A stretch of 62,986 nucleotides of DNA, the filler included, from Conidiobolus incongruus B7586 (taxonomy: Eukaryota), in assembly GCA_000697335.1 (NCBI GenBank). It is 19 parts of 19 records of this genome, joined end to end, with 100 filler letters (N's around TTAATTAATTAA, not from the genome) between each part and the next. Parts side by side here need not be neighbours in the genome. Positions count along the whole stretch, not along the records: positions 13,091 to 18,089 come from JNEM01000424.1; positions 18,190 to 23,132 come from JNEM01000425.1; positions 23,233 to 28,330 come from JNEM01000426.1; 16 more parts are not named here. One strand, given 5' to 3'. The position numbers and the translations under genes were made by a program. The notes beneath the pieces are model-generated. The model saw only the letters and a program-made list of their open reading frames with translations. It searched no databases and was not told where the DNA came from. How positions within the stretch are numbered: the first letter of the stretch is position 1; each line of letters begins with the position of its first letter. Shown here in pieces: positions 13,470 to 26,416 of the stretch.

Positions 13470-14806
13470 ACAAAACCGATATAAATAATACGTGAATTGA
13501 AAAGTAAAATAATCAATATATTCAGTGTGATTATTGAACCTGTTAGTGTTCATATTATGTAATATTTATATTTTTCAATTTAATTGTAGAATACTCAATA
13601 ATATTAAGGATTCGTTTATACTAATTAATCATCTGATCTAATTCAAAATAAATATATTGCGCTTAAATCTATATTTAGAATTAAATACTTTTAATCAAAT
13701 ATTTTCCCTTAATTTATGAATTATAAATAATTATTACAAATAAATTATATTATTTAAAATTAAAAATTAATAAATCACCCTTTATTAAAATCTATATTCA
13801 TTGATTTTTTTATCTTGTTTTAAATTATAAACTAGAAATATAAATAAATACCCTTAAAATCAATAAATTGAATATTATTCAATGATTTAATAATGTAATA
13901 AAAACATAGTATTATTATATTATAATATTAGTGATATTTTAATTTACCAAAGTTTACAATGAATGAATTAATTTGAAATGTAATATATAAATTTATATTG
14001 ATGTTTTTCTAATATAAAAGTTGAGAAAAAAACAAGTTTTAACTCCTTTTATCAACCGTTTACAAATTTGACATAATGGTTCGGTTATTATTGATGGGTG
14101 AATTCTCAAATAACATAATATGATAAATTATATTTATTATCTAATAATGGATTCTTATATTAAATACCAAATAGCCAATTATAATAAATTTAATGATAAT
14201 TCTAATGTTTTATTAAATACTCGTTTATATGATTTTGATTCAAAGTGTATCAAGTTGATACATTATTAATATTAGTTGATTGAAATTATTGAAAATTTGT
14301 AATCAAGTCAAAAAATATAACCAATCAATATATTATACTAATTACAAATTTATTGAATTGATAATACAAAGGCTAATAGTTTTATAAATTAATTCAATCG
14401 ACAATAGTTTAAAAACTTAAATGCATGAAAATTGATTAAATAAAAAATTTAATACCTGTTGAATATAAGATATTAAATCACCAAAAATAAAATGAATCAA
14501 TAGCTAATAGTTATCAAATATTAACCTAATAATTCATTAACTGTGATAAAAAATTCCTTGGACAAATATAAAATTAGAAAACAATATTTTATTAATAGAT
14601 ACTTTGATTATCTACTTTATTTTTTTTAAATTTTTTATAAAATAATCACTAAAAATTTTCATTCAATAATAAATTAAGAATAAAAAAATATTTCAAAAAA
14701 ATTAATATTAATCCCTTTCAAAATATAAAAAACTAAAACTACAATTATCAGATAATTTCATCAATCTCCAAACCCCTACAAAAATTCTTTAGAATTCAAA
14801 TTCAAA

Positions 14807-16633
14807 TCAAATAGCATTTTCAACAGTCCTCATCAAAATTCTCCAACTTAAATCCAATGTTTGAAACCTATTCAAAACACAATCAAATAACCTCCTCGCG
14901 TGTTTTAATAAGGCCCTCAATTTCAATTTACTCTCTGGATCAAAATGCTGTACCAACTGGACACAATTGAGACAACAAATAAAACAACTGTAATATCGAT
15001 AGTCAATCATCTGAGGTGGAAGACGTTCGAGAATCTGGATGATTTGTTCGGTACTGGTTAAGAGTTGACGAATGGGATCGAATCTTTGGGAGAGGAAGGA
15101 GGCGGAAGAAGAAGAGGTTGAGGAGTTGAGAGTGAATAAGGTATTAATGAAGAAGTTGTAAATGATAAGGTAGTTGTTTTGGAAGATTTGGATGCGGGTT
15201 AGCGACCATTCATAAGGATAGATGGTTTCGATGTGGGTGTACAGTTTTGTGGTGATGAGGTGGGCTCGTGTGATTTGGAGATAGAGATCGTGTTGGCGGG
15301 TTAGTAACGTGTCGTTGTCTAGTTCACTGTTATTGTAATGCTTGAGGAGGAGAAATGCATCTCGAAGCGGTAGGATGTACTTTCTTTCGATTTGGTAATT
15401 CACCATAATTAGCAAAGCTTCCAAATTGTCCTGCTTCGTCGTGTTTTGGTTGAACATGGTTTGATAGTGGTGATTCAGGTTTAAGAGGATTTGACTCGGT
15501 GGTGAATTGCATTTAGCAATACATTTCTCGTCTGATATAATATCCGAGGGAATTGACGAATAAGGATGCTCAATGAGTGGGGGTCGTCTTTTGCCATTGT
15601 TGAAACTGTATTGCAGACGTAGACACATACTCCACGTCAAGCTCTTCTCGTAGTCTGATATGGATTTGGAGTTTTCAGCTTTAGGCAATAGGTGAAGGCC
15701 CAGAGCTCGTGCCATGCGGATAGCCTGTCCCAACAAGCTCCAGCCATTTGTCAATTTCCCCCAGTGAATAATCGACCTACATACTATAAGAGCTGCCTGA
15801 ACACTCGAAAGTCTCACTCGGGACATTGCGTCCCTGACATGATCCAAAGCAATTTTATACAAATACTCCCATAGGTGCAAATCGTATAGCGGATGGTGCT
15901 GATAGCCGCCAAAGCACACTGCACTCATCAGGTGCGGGGGACATAAATGGAGCTTGTCGTAAAATTTGGATTTACTCATACATGGATTAAAAGGATGCGA
16001 ATACGTGAAATACAAATCAATCAAATGTAATTTAAATACAGTCTGATTGAATAATCTTGTCCAGAGAATGGTATCCGGACTTAGTATACATCCATCCCCA
16101 GTCCATTTAGGCTTTTCGTTAATATCCAACGATTCCAACAACACTTCAATGCTCGTTGTCGCAAATTTATTCCTGAATGTGGAAGATCCCCACATTGGCA
16201 AAGAATTTCTAAATGATGATAAAGCTAATTTCATCAATTTATCAGGATCTTTCAAACTTCCCGGAGAAAGTCTATTATTTTCCGATTCTTTACTATAATA
16301 AATGATCAATTTTTCGAAAGCGTCCATCATTGTCACTTTACTAGATTGTGGAGGTAATTGAGATTTGCTATTAAAATCGGTATAACCTTCCTCCAAAGAA
16401 TTGACTAATTTATCATTGTTGAATTTTGTTTTGTTAATATGGTAGGATTTCATTTTAAATACCTTATAACTCTGGTTCCACTCCTTCTTGTCCCTGCTCC
16501 TCGAATTCGCCTGAGTAGGAGCAGGATACTCACACTTTAACTTACTCTCATAACACCTCTGACAAGGAGTTTGTCTATCGCACCTGATCCTCTTTTTTCG
16601 ACAATTGTTACATGGTCTTTTTATTTGTTCCAT
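14807..16633 (-). CDS. Zn(II)2Cys6 transcription factor with fungal-specific (Fungal_trans/MHR) domain, 608 aa
   Basis: Binuclear cluster CNNCRKKRIRCDRQTPCQRCYESKLKCEY. LIDLYFTYSHP..P and WSLLGQAIRMARALGLH are middle-homology-region motifs. Confidence 0.95.
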   Translation of the reverse strand: MEQIKRPCNNCRKKRIRCDRQTPCQRCYESKLKCEYPAPTQANSRSRDKKEWNQSYKVFKMKSYHINKTKFNNDKLVNSLEEGYTDFNSKSQLPPQSSKVTMMDAFEKLIIYYSKESENNRLSPGSLKDPDKLMKLALSSFRNSLPMWGSSTFRNKFATTSIEVLLESLDINEKPKWTGDGCILSPDTILWTRLFNQTVFKLHLIDLYFTYSHPFNPCMSKSKFYDKLHLCPPHLMSAVCFGGYQHHPLYDLHLWEYLYKIALDHVRDAMSRVRLSSVQAALIVCRSIIHWGKLTNGWSLLGQAIRMARALGLHLLPKAENSKSISDYEKSLTWSMCLRLQYSFNNGKRRPPLIEHPYSSIPSDIISDEKCIAKCNSPPSQILLNLNHHYQTMFNQNTTKQDNLEALLIMVNYQIERKYILPLRDAFLLLKHYNNSELDNDTLLTRQHDLYLQITRAHLITTKLYTHIETIYPYEWSLTRIQIFQNNYLIIYNFFINTLFTLNSSTSSSSASFLSQRFDPIRQLLTSTEQIIQILERLPPQMIDYRYYSCFICCLNCVQLVQHFDPESKLKLRALLKHARRLFDCVLNRFQTLDLSWRILMRTVENAI

Positions 16634-19600
16634 ATATTTATTATTTTTTTTATTTGAGTTATTTTTAGTTTTTGGATTTAGAATAGTAATTGAATTGATT
16701 TTAAATGTTTATTTTAGTTAATTAATTATGGGATAAATAAATTTAATTTAAATTACTCAATTAAGATCATAAATGATATTTTTTTATAATTTTTAATTCT
16801 ATATGGTTTGCAATATATATATATATATATTTAATATTAAATTAATTCATTGAATTATTATTTTTGTTTTTTTAAATCGCTTATAACCTGTAATGACAAA
16901 TACCGAAATTATTAATTTTTTTTGTTTTAAATTATTTATCCAAAATTAATAAATTATCCACGAGAATTAGATCTATTCTAACCCATTAAATTTGGTAAGA
17001 TTAACAAAATTGGCGAGGGAACTTATTTTCAAGTAATTCGGAGCTAAAATAATCGAGTAAATTGCAAGTAATTAAAATTCTAGAATTCTAAGAATAATTT
17101 TAAGATTGAATAAATGGTATTAGGTCGGTAATGGTAAATATTAGTGATTATTAGGTGTTTATACATATTAGATACTATTGATGACATTTGTTATTACCAT
17201 AATAAATGAATAAAAAAGTCAATAGAAAATCGGGATAAGTCTCTGCCTCCATATAATATTCCTTCCTCAAGTTTATCATTAATCGCTCAATTAAATAGTA
17301 AAAAAATCGGAGAAACAATTCAAAAAACATTCTAACTACTTTATCCCAATGGCAATTGTCCTAAAATTGATGCCGAAATTGCTACTACATTGAAATTGAA
17401 GTAAATATAAGTAGAACAATTGGAACTAATAAAAGTACAATCCTTTTATTATCTCCAATATCTAATATTTAATATATCTTGAATAGATATTTTTTAGTTA
17501 TAATTATCAATAACTAAATTATTTATTCCATGATGATTTTAAAGCAGGTAATCCTCTTCAATTTCTTTTTTGAACGAATGGTCAAATTTTTGAAATGAAT
17601 GAAATGAGTAAGACTAAACATTCTTTTATCATTGCTAATTTGAGTTGTTTGCCTATTATGAAATCTGGTTTTGTTTTAATATTCATATCAAGTGATCAAA
17701 CTGTGATAATTTTTATTTTTATTTCGTTACCCAAAAGCATTAAATTTTATAAACATTATTAATTTAAAAAAAATTCCAAATTAGTATATAATCAACAACG
17801 ATAGAATAGTATATTTTTTAGTTTTATATATTATTTCATTAATTTTAATATTTTCAAACTTTTATACCTAAATTCTAAGAGCAAAACAATATGTTAAAAT
17901 GATCAATAAAATAGTTTTTTGAATATAAATAAGGACTTGTTCATAACTTTAAATATCTAATAATATATTATAATAATTTTATAACCAATATTATAAAATA
18001 AATTAATTTTTGATTTAAACTAGTTTTTGATATAATTCATTGTTTATTTTATTCTATAATAATAAAAAATATTAATAACTTATTATTTANNNNNNNNNNN
18101 NNNNNNNNNNNNNNNNNNNNNNNNNNNNNNNNNTTAATTAATTAANNNNNNNNNNNNNNNNNNNNNNNNNNNNNNNNNNNNNNNNNNNNAGATTATTAAA
18201 TTTTTAATTTATTAAGTATTCATTATATATATATATATTTGGAGACTTATCAAATGATTTAAATTTATATAAATATTGATATTTTATTTTTTAAGATTAT
18301 CTGTGATTAATTATTATAAAAACATTTTAATTATTTTTATATCTGCTAAATATATTTATAATTATATAATTTTTGTGTTTTTTCCATCAGTTTAATTCAT
18401 ATATAATTAAATAGTTTTTGGTTAAACTTATTATATTTTAATGTTTTTATTATTTTTAAAATAATAATATTGATATATTCAAGCATTATAATACATTTAT
18501 AAATTCAAGCAAAAGATATAACTTTATAAAAAATATTATTAATTAATATACGAAAAAATTTTAAAAAGTTAACAAGTTATTATAAATCAAAATCTATATC
18601 TTCAGATATCAATATTTAAAATAACATATTTGAAGGAATATTGTTTTGAATAAATTATAACGTAGACTAATTGAAATATAAAACATTTGCATTCATTTAA
18701 TAAACAAATTAAACAATATATATTGAAAAATTTTTACTTAGTTGAAATATATCTCAAAACACAGTTATAAACTTTTATAAAATATTGAATAAATTTGTTT
18801 AAATTATAATTGCAACCTAATTTTATTGAATATTAAAACCTTGATCTTTAGGTCAATTTTATTATATTAATAATATTTACTATCATAATAACCAGATTTA
18901 TACTCCTCAATTATACCACCATTCTCAACAAACGTAATCCATTTCATAAATCTACAGCCAATGATTATGCGCATACGAAGTGATTTCATAAATCAACTAC
19001 TGATGGAAAAACACCTCAATTCATGCCAATTATTGGGATTTTTTTGGGATAGTGTAAGCTTCTCGGCGTACTTTGAGTTAATGTATGAATTGCTAATATT
19101 CATTATTAATTTCAACTATTAAATTTTTCGAAATTTTGATTATTTTGTCGATTTTTTATGAATTGAATTGGTTATCAAATAACTAATGTATAATGTGCAT
19201 CATTATTATTATTTATTTAATTCACTTTACAAATTTTTTTCATTTAGTTTAGCATATTATTAAATATTTATTCAAAAATAATTAACTCTAATATTTTTCA
19301 TAAACTGCACTTGGTAACCTTATCAAATTGAAAAATAATTATAGTATTAAGTAAAATAAATTTTAAAATTATCAATATTAATATTAAGGTTAATCTTTAT
19401 TAATAAAATACAAAAATTATATATTATAATTAAACCAATTATCCTAAATACTATTTCCATTACCGTGGTTTTTGTAATAATTCTAATAGATTAAATTAAT
19501 ATAAAATCCTTTAGATTTCAATGTGCTGTACTAATTTTTATAATATTTAAGATCTTAAATTTAGTATAGAATAATAGATAATAAACTCATAATTATGAAT

Positions 19601-20762
19601 ATTAATAAAAAATAATCCTTAATATAAAATTGGAAGTAGGAAATTGTTTTGATTTTTTTAGTTGATAGTTTTATAGTTGTTAATATCTATTTATATAATT
19701 TGCTGTGTACAAAAGGCCTTTAGTGTTATCTTATTAATATATTAATTGTACTTATCTGAATATTATGAATAGGGTGTCACATAAAAATATTTGTTAGATT
19801 GCTAGGAATACTGTAATTTTTATATGTGTAATTTATTGCATATAGTAATTAATTAAATATATGATTGATATGATCAATTTGACTCTTTATCGTATATAGT
19901 ATAACATCTCACTTATCTGTATTTATATCCGAATATATTTTCATGGAATGAATATCTTATTTTTAAAGTGCTAGAATTGATTTTATTTTTAGCATTCGAT
20001 TTTTAAAGATCAACACCTTAACAAATATATCAAATGGCATACTATGCATAATATATATATATATCAATAAAAATAATGAAAATTTTTTCTGATATTACCA
20101 TAAAAAGATTATTGTATAGTGGTTTTTTGGCTTTGGATGATTGCTTTCCAATTCTTTGAACTGTAAATTATAATGCCTTAATATATATTGGCAATTTGAA
20201 TTTAATTATTTTCTTTCTAAGTTTTAAATTGAAATAAAAATAGAATAAACTAGTAATTTCATAATAAATTTTATAAACAATAAAATTAAAAAAATAAAAT
20301 TTAAATAATTATAGAATGAATAGTGATATTAATATTATAAAAAGATTTTTATATGAATTGTGATTAATAATATTGAAAGATCACCAGTTTCAAGTTTGGT
20401 AAAATTAAATTAAATTTCGCCCAATTCAATTAATTTAAAATTTCTTTTCCACACACTCAACTTTGAATTCACCTGATTCATCTAAAAATAATTTAAATTA
20501 ATAAAATTTTAAGTTTGATGAATAAATATTATGCAAAAAATTTATAAAAAAACTTCTTCTGAAGTGGATATATAAATAGATTGTATACCTTCATTCAAGT
20601 ACTTGATCTCAGGAATTATAAAAAAATATTTTAATAAATTATAACAACAATATATAATCAATAATTTCATCAATTAAATAAGAATAATTTACAGAGATCA
20701 TATTTATAAAATAATAGATAATTTTGTTAATTGATAATTATTCGATTACTCCCTAATATATA

Positions 20763-21968
20763 ATGTCTTCAAATAGCAGCAAATTTTATATTATACTACT
20801 GATCAGTGGTATTTGGCTCATTAGCTTGTTCTTAATGAAACCTAGTCCGGATATAGCTATTTCGAATTCTCAACCTCTCAACACCAACAAGGAGACTCAA
20901 AACAAAATTTCTGATGCTTTAGGTAACGAGTTAATTGTTAATACCGATCATTCCAGCCATGCTGGCCACCAGGAGCATACAGTCGAAGAAGGGGGTATTT
21001 TGCATTTGAAAAAGCCTCAAGTCGGTAAGATGAAGGCTGCTTTTGTTGTTCTTGTACGTAATAAGGAATTGGAAAAGTGGTTGGGCAGTATGCGAGAACT
21101 CGAAGATCGTTTTAACAGAGAATACAACTATCCTTATGTTTTCCTCAATGAGCAAAACTTCACCGAAGAATTCAAGCAACGTGTCCAGTCTCATACCAAA
21201 GCTAAGGTTGAATTCGGTTTAATTCCCAAAGAACATTGGGGTTATCCCGACTTTATCGATCAAGAAAGGGCCAAGAAGACCAGAGAGGAAGCCAAGGGCA
21301 AGTATGAATACGGAGATTCCGAATCTTACCGTCACATGTGTCGCTTTGAATCCGGATTCTTCTTTAGACACCCCCTCCTTGATAAGTATGAATGGTATTG
21401 GCGAGTCGAACCTGATGTTCACTTCGTGTGTGATATCACTTTCGATCCTTTCCAATATCTAGCTGAAAACAATAAGAAGTACGGATTCACAATTACTATG
21501 TATGAAAACCAGAACACCATTCCTACTTTGTGGCAAACTGTCAAGAATTACATCAAAGAAAAAAATCTAGAGAAGAAAATTCCTAAAGACAACTCTATGT
21601 GGTTCATCTCTCCTGACGATACCAAGAGCTACAATGGCTGCCATTTCTGGACCAACTTTGAAATCGCATCTCTTTCTCTATGGCGTGATCAATCCTACCT
21701 TGACTATTTTGAATATTTAGACCGCTCTGGTGGTTTCTTCTACGAGCGTTGGGGAGATGCTCCAGTTCACTCTATCTACGCGTCTATCTTCCTCAAGAAG
21801 AGCGAAGTTCACTTTTTCGACGATATCGGCTATACTCACGATGGTATAACGCATTGTCCCAGTCGCAAAGCTCTCCGCCAAAAGAACTGCCACTGTGATG
21901 CCGAAAAGTCTATGGACAAAGAGGGATACAGTTGTAATCTTAGATGGTTGGAAAACATTGAAAAATAA
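20763..21968 (+). CDS. Golgi alpha-1,2-mannosyltransferase, glycosyltransferase family 15 (KRE2/KTR/MNT1 family), 401 aa
   Basis: N-terminal type II membrane anchor, followed by AAFVVLVRN, YPYVFLNE, SYRHMCRFESGFFFRHP, YWRVEPD, CHFWTNFEI and GGFFYERWGDAPVHS. Confidence 0.96.
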   Translation: MSSNSSKFYIILLISGIWLISLFLMKPSPDIAISNSQPLNTNKETQNKISDALGNELIVNTDHSSHAGHQEHTVEEGGILHLKKPQVGKMKAAFVVLVRNKELEKWLGSMRELEDRFNREYNYPYVFLNEQNFTEEFKQRVQSHTKAKVEFGLIPKEHWGYPDFIDQERAKKTREEAKGKYEYGDSESYRHMCRFESGFFFRHPLLDKYEWYWRVEPDVHFVCDITFDPFQYLAENNKKYGFTITMYENQNTIPTLWQTVKNYIKEKNLEKKIPKDNSMWFISPDDTKSYNGCHFWTNFEIASLSLWRDQSYLDYFEYLDRSGGFFYERWGDAPVHSIYASIFLKKSEVHFFDDIGYTHDGITHCPSRKALRQKNCHCDAEKSMDKEGYSCNLRWLENIEK

Positions 21969-23898
21969 TTATTTACAACTAACAAATCATTCCATTTTTA
22001 AACATACCTCAAAAAATATTTGTTTGATTCATCATTATTGTTAAATAAATCTTTCCAATATATAATATTATAATATTTTTATATTTTAATTTCATATTTA
22101 TGTATATATATCAATGAATTAAAATTATATTCAATGATCTATAATTTTAGTGAGGTATTTATTCATATTGAAAATTTATAATTAATAACTCAAATTCTTT
22201 TACTCTTTAACCCTTCAATTAAACTTTTGAGCTTTGTCAAAGATAATAAATATTAATTAATAGATATTTAAAATTCCATTTAATATCTCTTAGAAACAGG
22301 ATTCATCAAATAATATAAATTTAGAATATCATATGAATATGTTATAGAAAATAAATAATCTATATTTATATATTCATATTAATTTTGAATAAAATTTTAT
22401 TTTTAGATTATTGTAATCAAATTTATTTTTAGTAAATTAAAAAAAACAATTCAAATTCTCATAATTGATTTAAAAAAGTAAACAATTCAATTTTTTTTAG
22501 TATTTTATAAATTTTGATTAAAAAAAGAATTTTTTAAAATTTTTCATCAATTAATTAAATACTAATTATTGCTAATTTAAATTAAAAACAATTTATAGTA
22601 TTCTATATACAATTCAAATTAATGAAATAATATATTTTATTGATTTTAAAATCTAAATCATGAATATTGAACTGAAAGCTTTATAATATTATCTGATACA
22701 AACTGTTTATAATTTCTCTCAAGATAAGATCTTATTTTTTATCAAAAATTAATAGTGGATATAATTTAAATTATCCAAAGTTATGATACAACTTGATAAG
22801 GAAATTTGTCTTATAAAATAAAACGACATGTTTTTTTCATGGTTAATAATAATTAAATTTGATAGATAATCAGGTTTAATAATTTATATAAAAATATCAT
22901 TTATTTGATTTTCGATATAGTTTAAGATTAGAACAGTTTTAATTTTAAATGTTCCAAAATTTTTTTAAAAAATACAATTAATTTATAGTTATAATATTTA
23001 GATATTTGAAAATAAAAATTAAATAATCTTTTTTTAATTTATATTAATATTTAATTATTATTCAAAGTTATTATATATAGTCCAATATATATATATATAT
23101 ATACTTTATAATTATATCTTTTATATTATAGANNNNNNNNNNNNNNNNNNNNNNNNNNNNNNNNNNNNNNNNNNNNTTAATTAATTAANNNNNNNNNNNN
23201 NNNNNNNNNNNNNNNNNNNNNNNNNNNNNNNNTATTATAAAAACTAATTTTATATTTATAACAGTTATTTTAAAATTAAACTTTAATATATATAAAAAAT
23301 TAATAATAATAATAAAACAATATCTTGATAGTATTTGAATTATTTAAAAATATTTTTTAAATATATTTATCATATTATTAATTTCCAAAACATTATAAGT
23401 TAAAATTAGTTTTTTAAATTTCAAAAGATTTTAAATAATTTCTTTGTTAATTTTAAATTAATTTATCTAAGCTTAAATAGCTAATTTAAATAACACTTTA
23501 TTATTTAAAATTAACTATAAATTTTGAATGATTTTATAAGCTTTATAATTAAGTTGTATTAATCCTAAAATACTTTTGATTATTATTATTTATTATATCC
23601 ATAATTAAATCAGATAATAAATTTTATAAAGTTAATTTTTTTATCTAAAAAACTATTATATATGTATATATATTTAATTTACAAATATATCCCCTTTTAT
23701 TTGGTTCGTGTATATTTTATTATTTGAAATTAATAATATATTTCAAAAATATGATATTAAGAAATTTCCCATTTCTTCAAATTTAAAGTAATAAATAATA
23801 AATTACTTATATTGAATTTGAGCACTTATATATTTTGTAAATTTTAATTTATCAAACCTAATTCAATTTTAAATAATTGTTTAAAAATTATTGCATCT

Positions 23899-24365
23899 TG
23901 TTCCCTTAAATAAACAAGGATAAAGAACCAGTACTGAGAATCACCACAAGGATACACCATTACATAGCCACACCTCCACAAACTCTTAAAATACCTTTAA
24001 ATACCTTTAAATACACTAGTAGCTTCTATCATAGAAGCTTAATTTTTGGTGTCCATTCAAAATTACACTTCTATTACCAATTATCCTCTTCTACATCGTT
24101 TGTTTCCAAATAGTAACGCCTCTACCTAAGAATTACTAAAACCACCCATTAACCTATTAACAATTATATTATTCAACATACTTATTTCAATAATAGAATC
24201 AATTCTACTATAACCTTGATTTTTTACTCATTACCACATAATTTTACAATAGGGCTCTCCTTCATTCTAATTTGCTCAATTCGCAATTAATTACATATAA
24301 TGAACCTAATTGAATAGCTATCACAACCTAACTGGTCCTCTTGGCCCCTAGAGTTATAGATCACA
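23899..24365. repeat. Possible solo LTR or other repeat fragment (boundaries uncertain)
   Basis: Non-coding island with higher GC and strong C-over-G strand skew. It starts TGTT and ends TCACA and contains tandem AATACCTTTA units. No target-site duplication was found. Confidence 0.25.
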
Positions 24366-24734
24366 TAGTCACTTATATCTCTGACAATTGTGGTGAAATG
24401 TTAGAACTGGCATTAATACCATTAGCTAATCTTGTTACAAAAATCAAAAAATATAATGCAATTTTAATTTATTATTTTAGTATGAGTTGGAGCATTATTA
24501 ATTAAATTTAATTTATATGTTGCTAATATTAAATTAAATTATATATGTATATTCTATTTAAACCAATAGCTGACATTGTATGAATTATTGATAAATCTAA
24601 TATATTATGTATTTTTTATTTAGGCTATTTCTATGGGTATCAATAAATACTAATGAATGTAATGCCAATTAGTCAAGTTATGATTTATTTAATGATAAAA
24701 AAAAATAGAAAAAAGACAAAGTGAAGAATGAGAA

Positions 24735-26416
24735 TTAGATATTGGCCTTAGCAGAAATAGTCATAATTTCATCATATAAAAGAGTGGTTATAAAGTCAGA
24801 GTATTCCTCTCCAATCATTTGACGAGCTAAAATTTCTTTAGCTTTCAAATACTTGGTAGAGGCAAATTGAGTACCCAAGCTTTGTTGAAGTTTGGTGATT
24901 TCCTCATCTAAAATATTGTTGAGATATTCAGGGGTAATAGTTTTACCTTCAGCAGTTACACTTCTGTGATGAGCCCACTGCCAGAGCTGAGAACGAGAAA
25001 TTTCAGCAGTAGCAGCATCTTCCATTAAATTGTGAATAGGGACACATCCAGAACCACGTAACCAAGCTTCAATATAAGTTAAACTAACAGAAATATTGGA
25101 ACGAACACCTTGTTCAGTAATTTTTCCTTCAACGCGGGGATCAATTAACTGAGAAGCAGTAACCTTAACATCATCACGAGTAATATACAATTGGTTGGGA
25201 GAAGGCATATATTCATCAAAGATCTCCTTGGCAACAGGAATTAAAGCTGGATGAGCAACCCAAGTGCCATCATGCCCATTCTTCACTTCATTTAATTTAT
25301 CATTTCGAACTTTAGTAAGAGCTGCATTATTAGCCTTTTCATCATTCTTGATAGGGATTTGGGCAGCCATACCACCCATAGCGTGGACTCCACGACGGTG
25401 ACAAGTCTGAATTAAAAGTTGGACATAAGCACGCATGAATGGGGTCGTCATAGTGACATCAGATCTGTCGGGAAGAATAAACTTGGGATCATGTCTGAAT
25501 TTCTTAATGAATGAGAAGATGTAGTCCCATCTACCGCAATTTAATCCTGAAGAATGCTCTCTTAGCTCATAGATGATTTCTTCCATTTCAAAAACAGCAA
25601 GAATGGTTTCAATTAAAACAGTAGCTCTGATAGTACCTCTAGGTAATCCAATGGTGTCTTGAGCCATGTTGAAAACATCATTCCAAAGTCTGGCTTCTAA
25701 ATGGCTTTCCATTTTAGGAAGATAAAAGTAAGGACCGGCTCCAATTTTTAGAGTGTTCTTAGCATTGTGATAAAAGTACAAACCAAAATCGAATAAAGAG
25801 GCTGAGATGGGTTCATTGTTGATAAGGAAATGCTTTTCTTCCATATGCCAACCTCTTGGTCTAACAATTAAAGTGGCCACCTTATCATTTGGACCAATAG
25901 AGTAGACTTTGCCATTAGGAGCAGTATAGCTGATATTTCTATTAACGGCATCTCTCATGTTGATTTGTCCATTGAGAATATTTTCCCAAGTAGGGGAAGT
26001 AGAATCTAATTAAAGATAAGTAGAGAAATAAAACTGTAGCGAAAGTAGTTACCTTCGAAATCGGCCATAAATGTAGGTGAGCCAGCCTTCAAAGCGTTAA
26101 TAACCATCTTTCTATCGACAGGACCAGTAATTTCAACTCTGCGATCGACAAGGCCAGGAGCAGGAGGAGCACCTTTCCAAGTAGGGTTTTCGCGAATATG
26201 TTTGGTCTCTGGTAAGAAATCGGGAAGTTCTCCGTTACGAATACGTGCTTCACGATCCTTTCTAGCTTGGAGTAATCGCTTTCTGGTGGGGTTAAAAGCT
26301 TTATGAAGTTGAACAATAAATTTGATAGCTTCAGGAGTCAAGATTTCTTCTTGAGCTTTGGAAACTGGGCCCAATACAGTGACTTCGGGAACGCTGGGTG
26401 TGAAATTAGAAATCAT
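24735..26416 (-). CDS. MLS1: Malate synthase (glyoxylate cycle), 2 exons (26416-26053, 26005-24735), 544 aa
   Basis: A 47-nt intron (26052-26006, GTAACT...ATTAG) gives [13 protein letters not shown]. Motifs [49 protein letters not shown] and [12 protein letters not shown] are present. Confidence 0.97.

Noticed and set aside
18957..19006. Box C/D snoRNA-like pattern CCA-ATGATTA...CTGA-TGG
   Set aside because: Only ~50 nt long, with an imperfect C box, a 3-bp stem and no guide complementarity I can recognise.
15330..21455. Short ORFs inside the Zn2Cys6 and GT15 genes
   Set aside because: They are nested in well-supported genes and carry no recognisable motifs.
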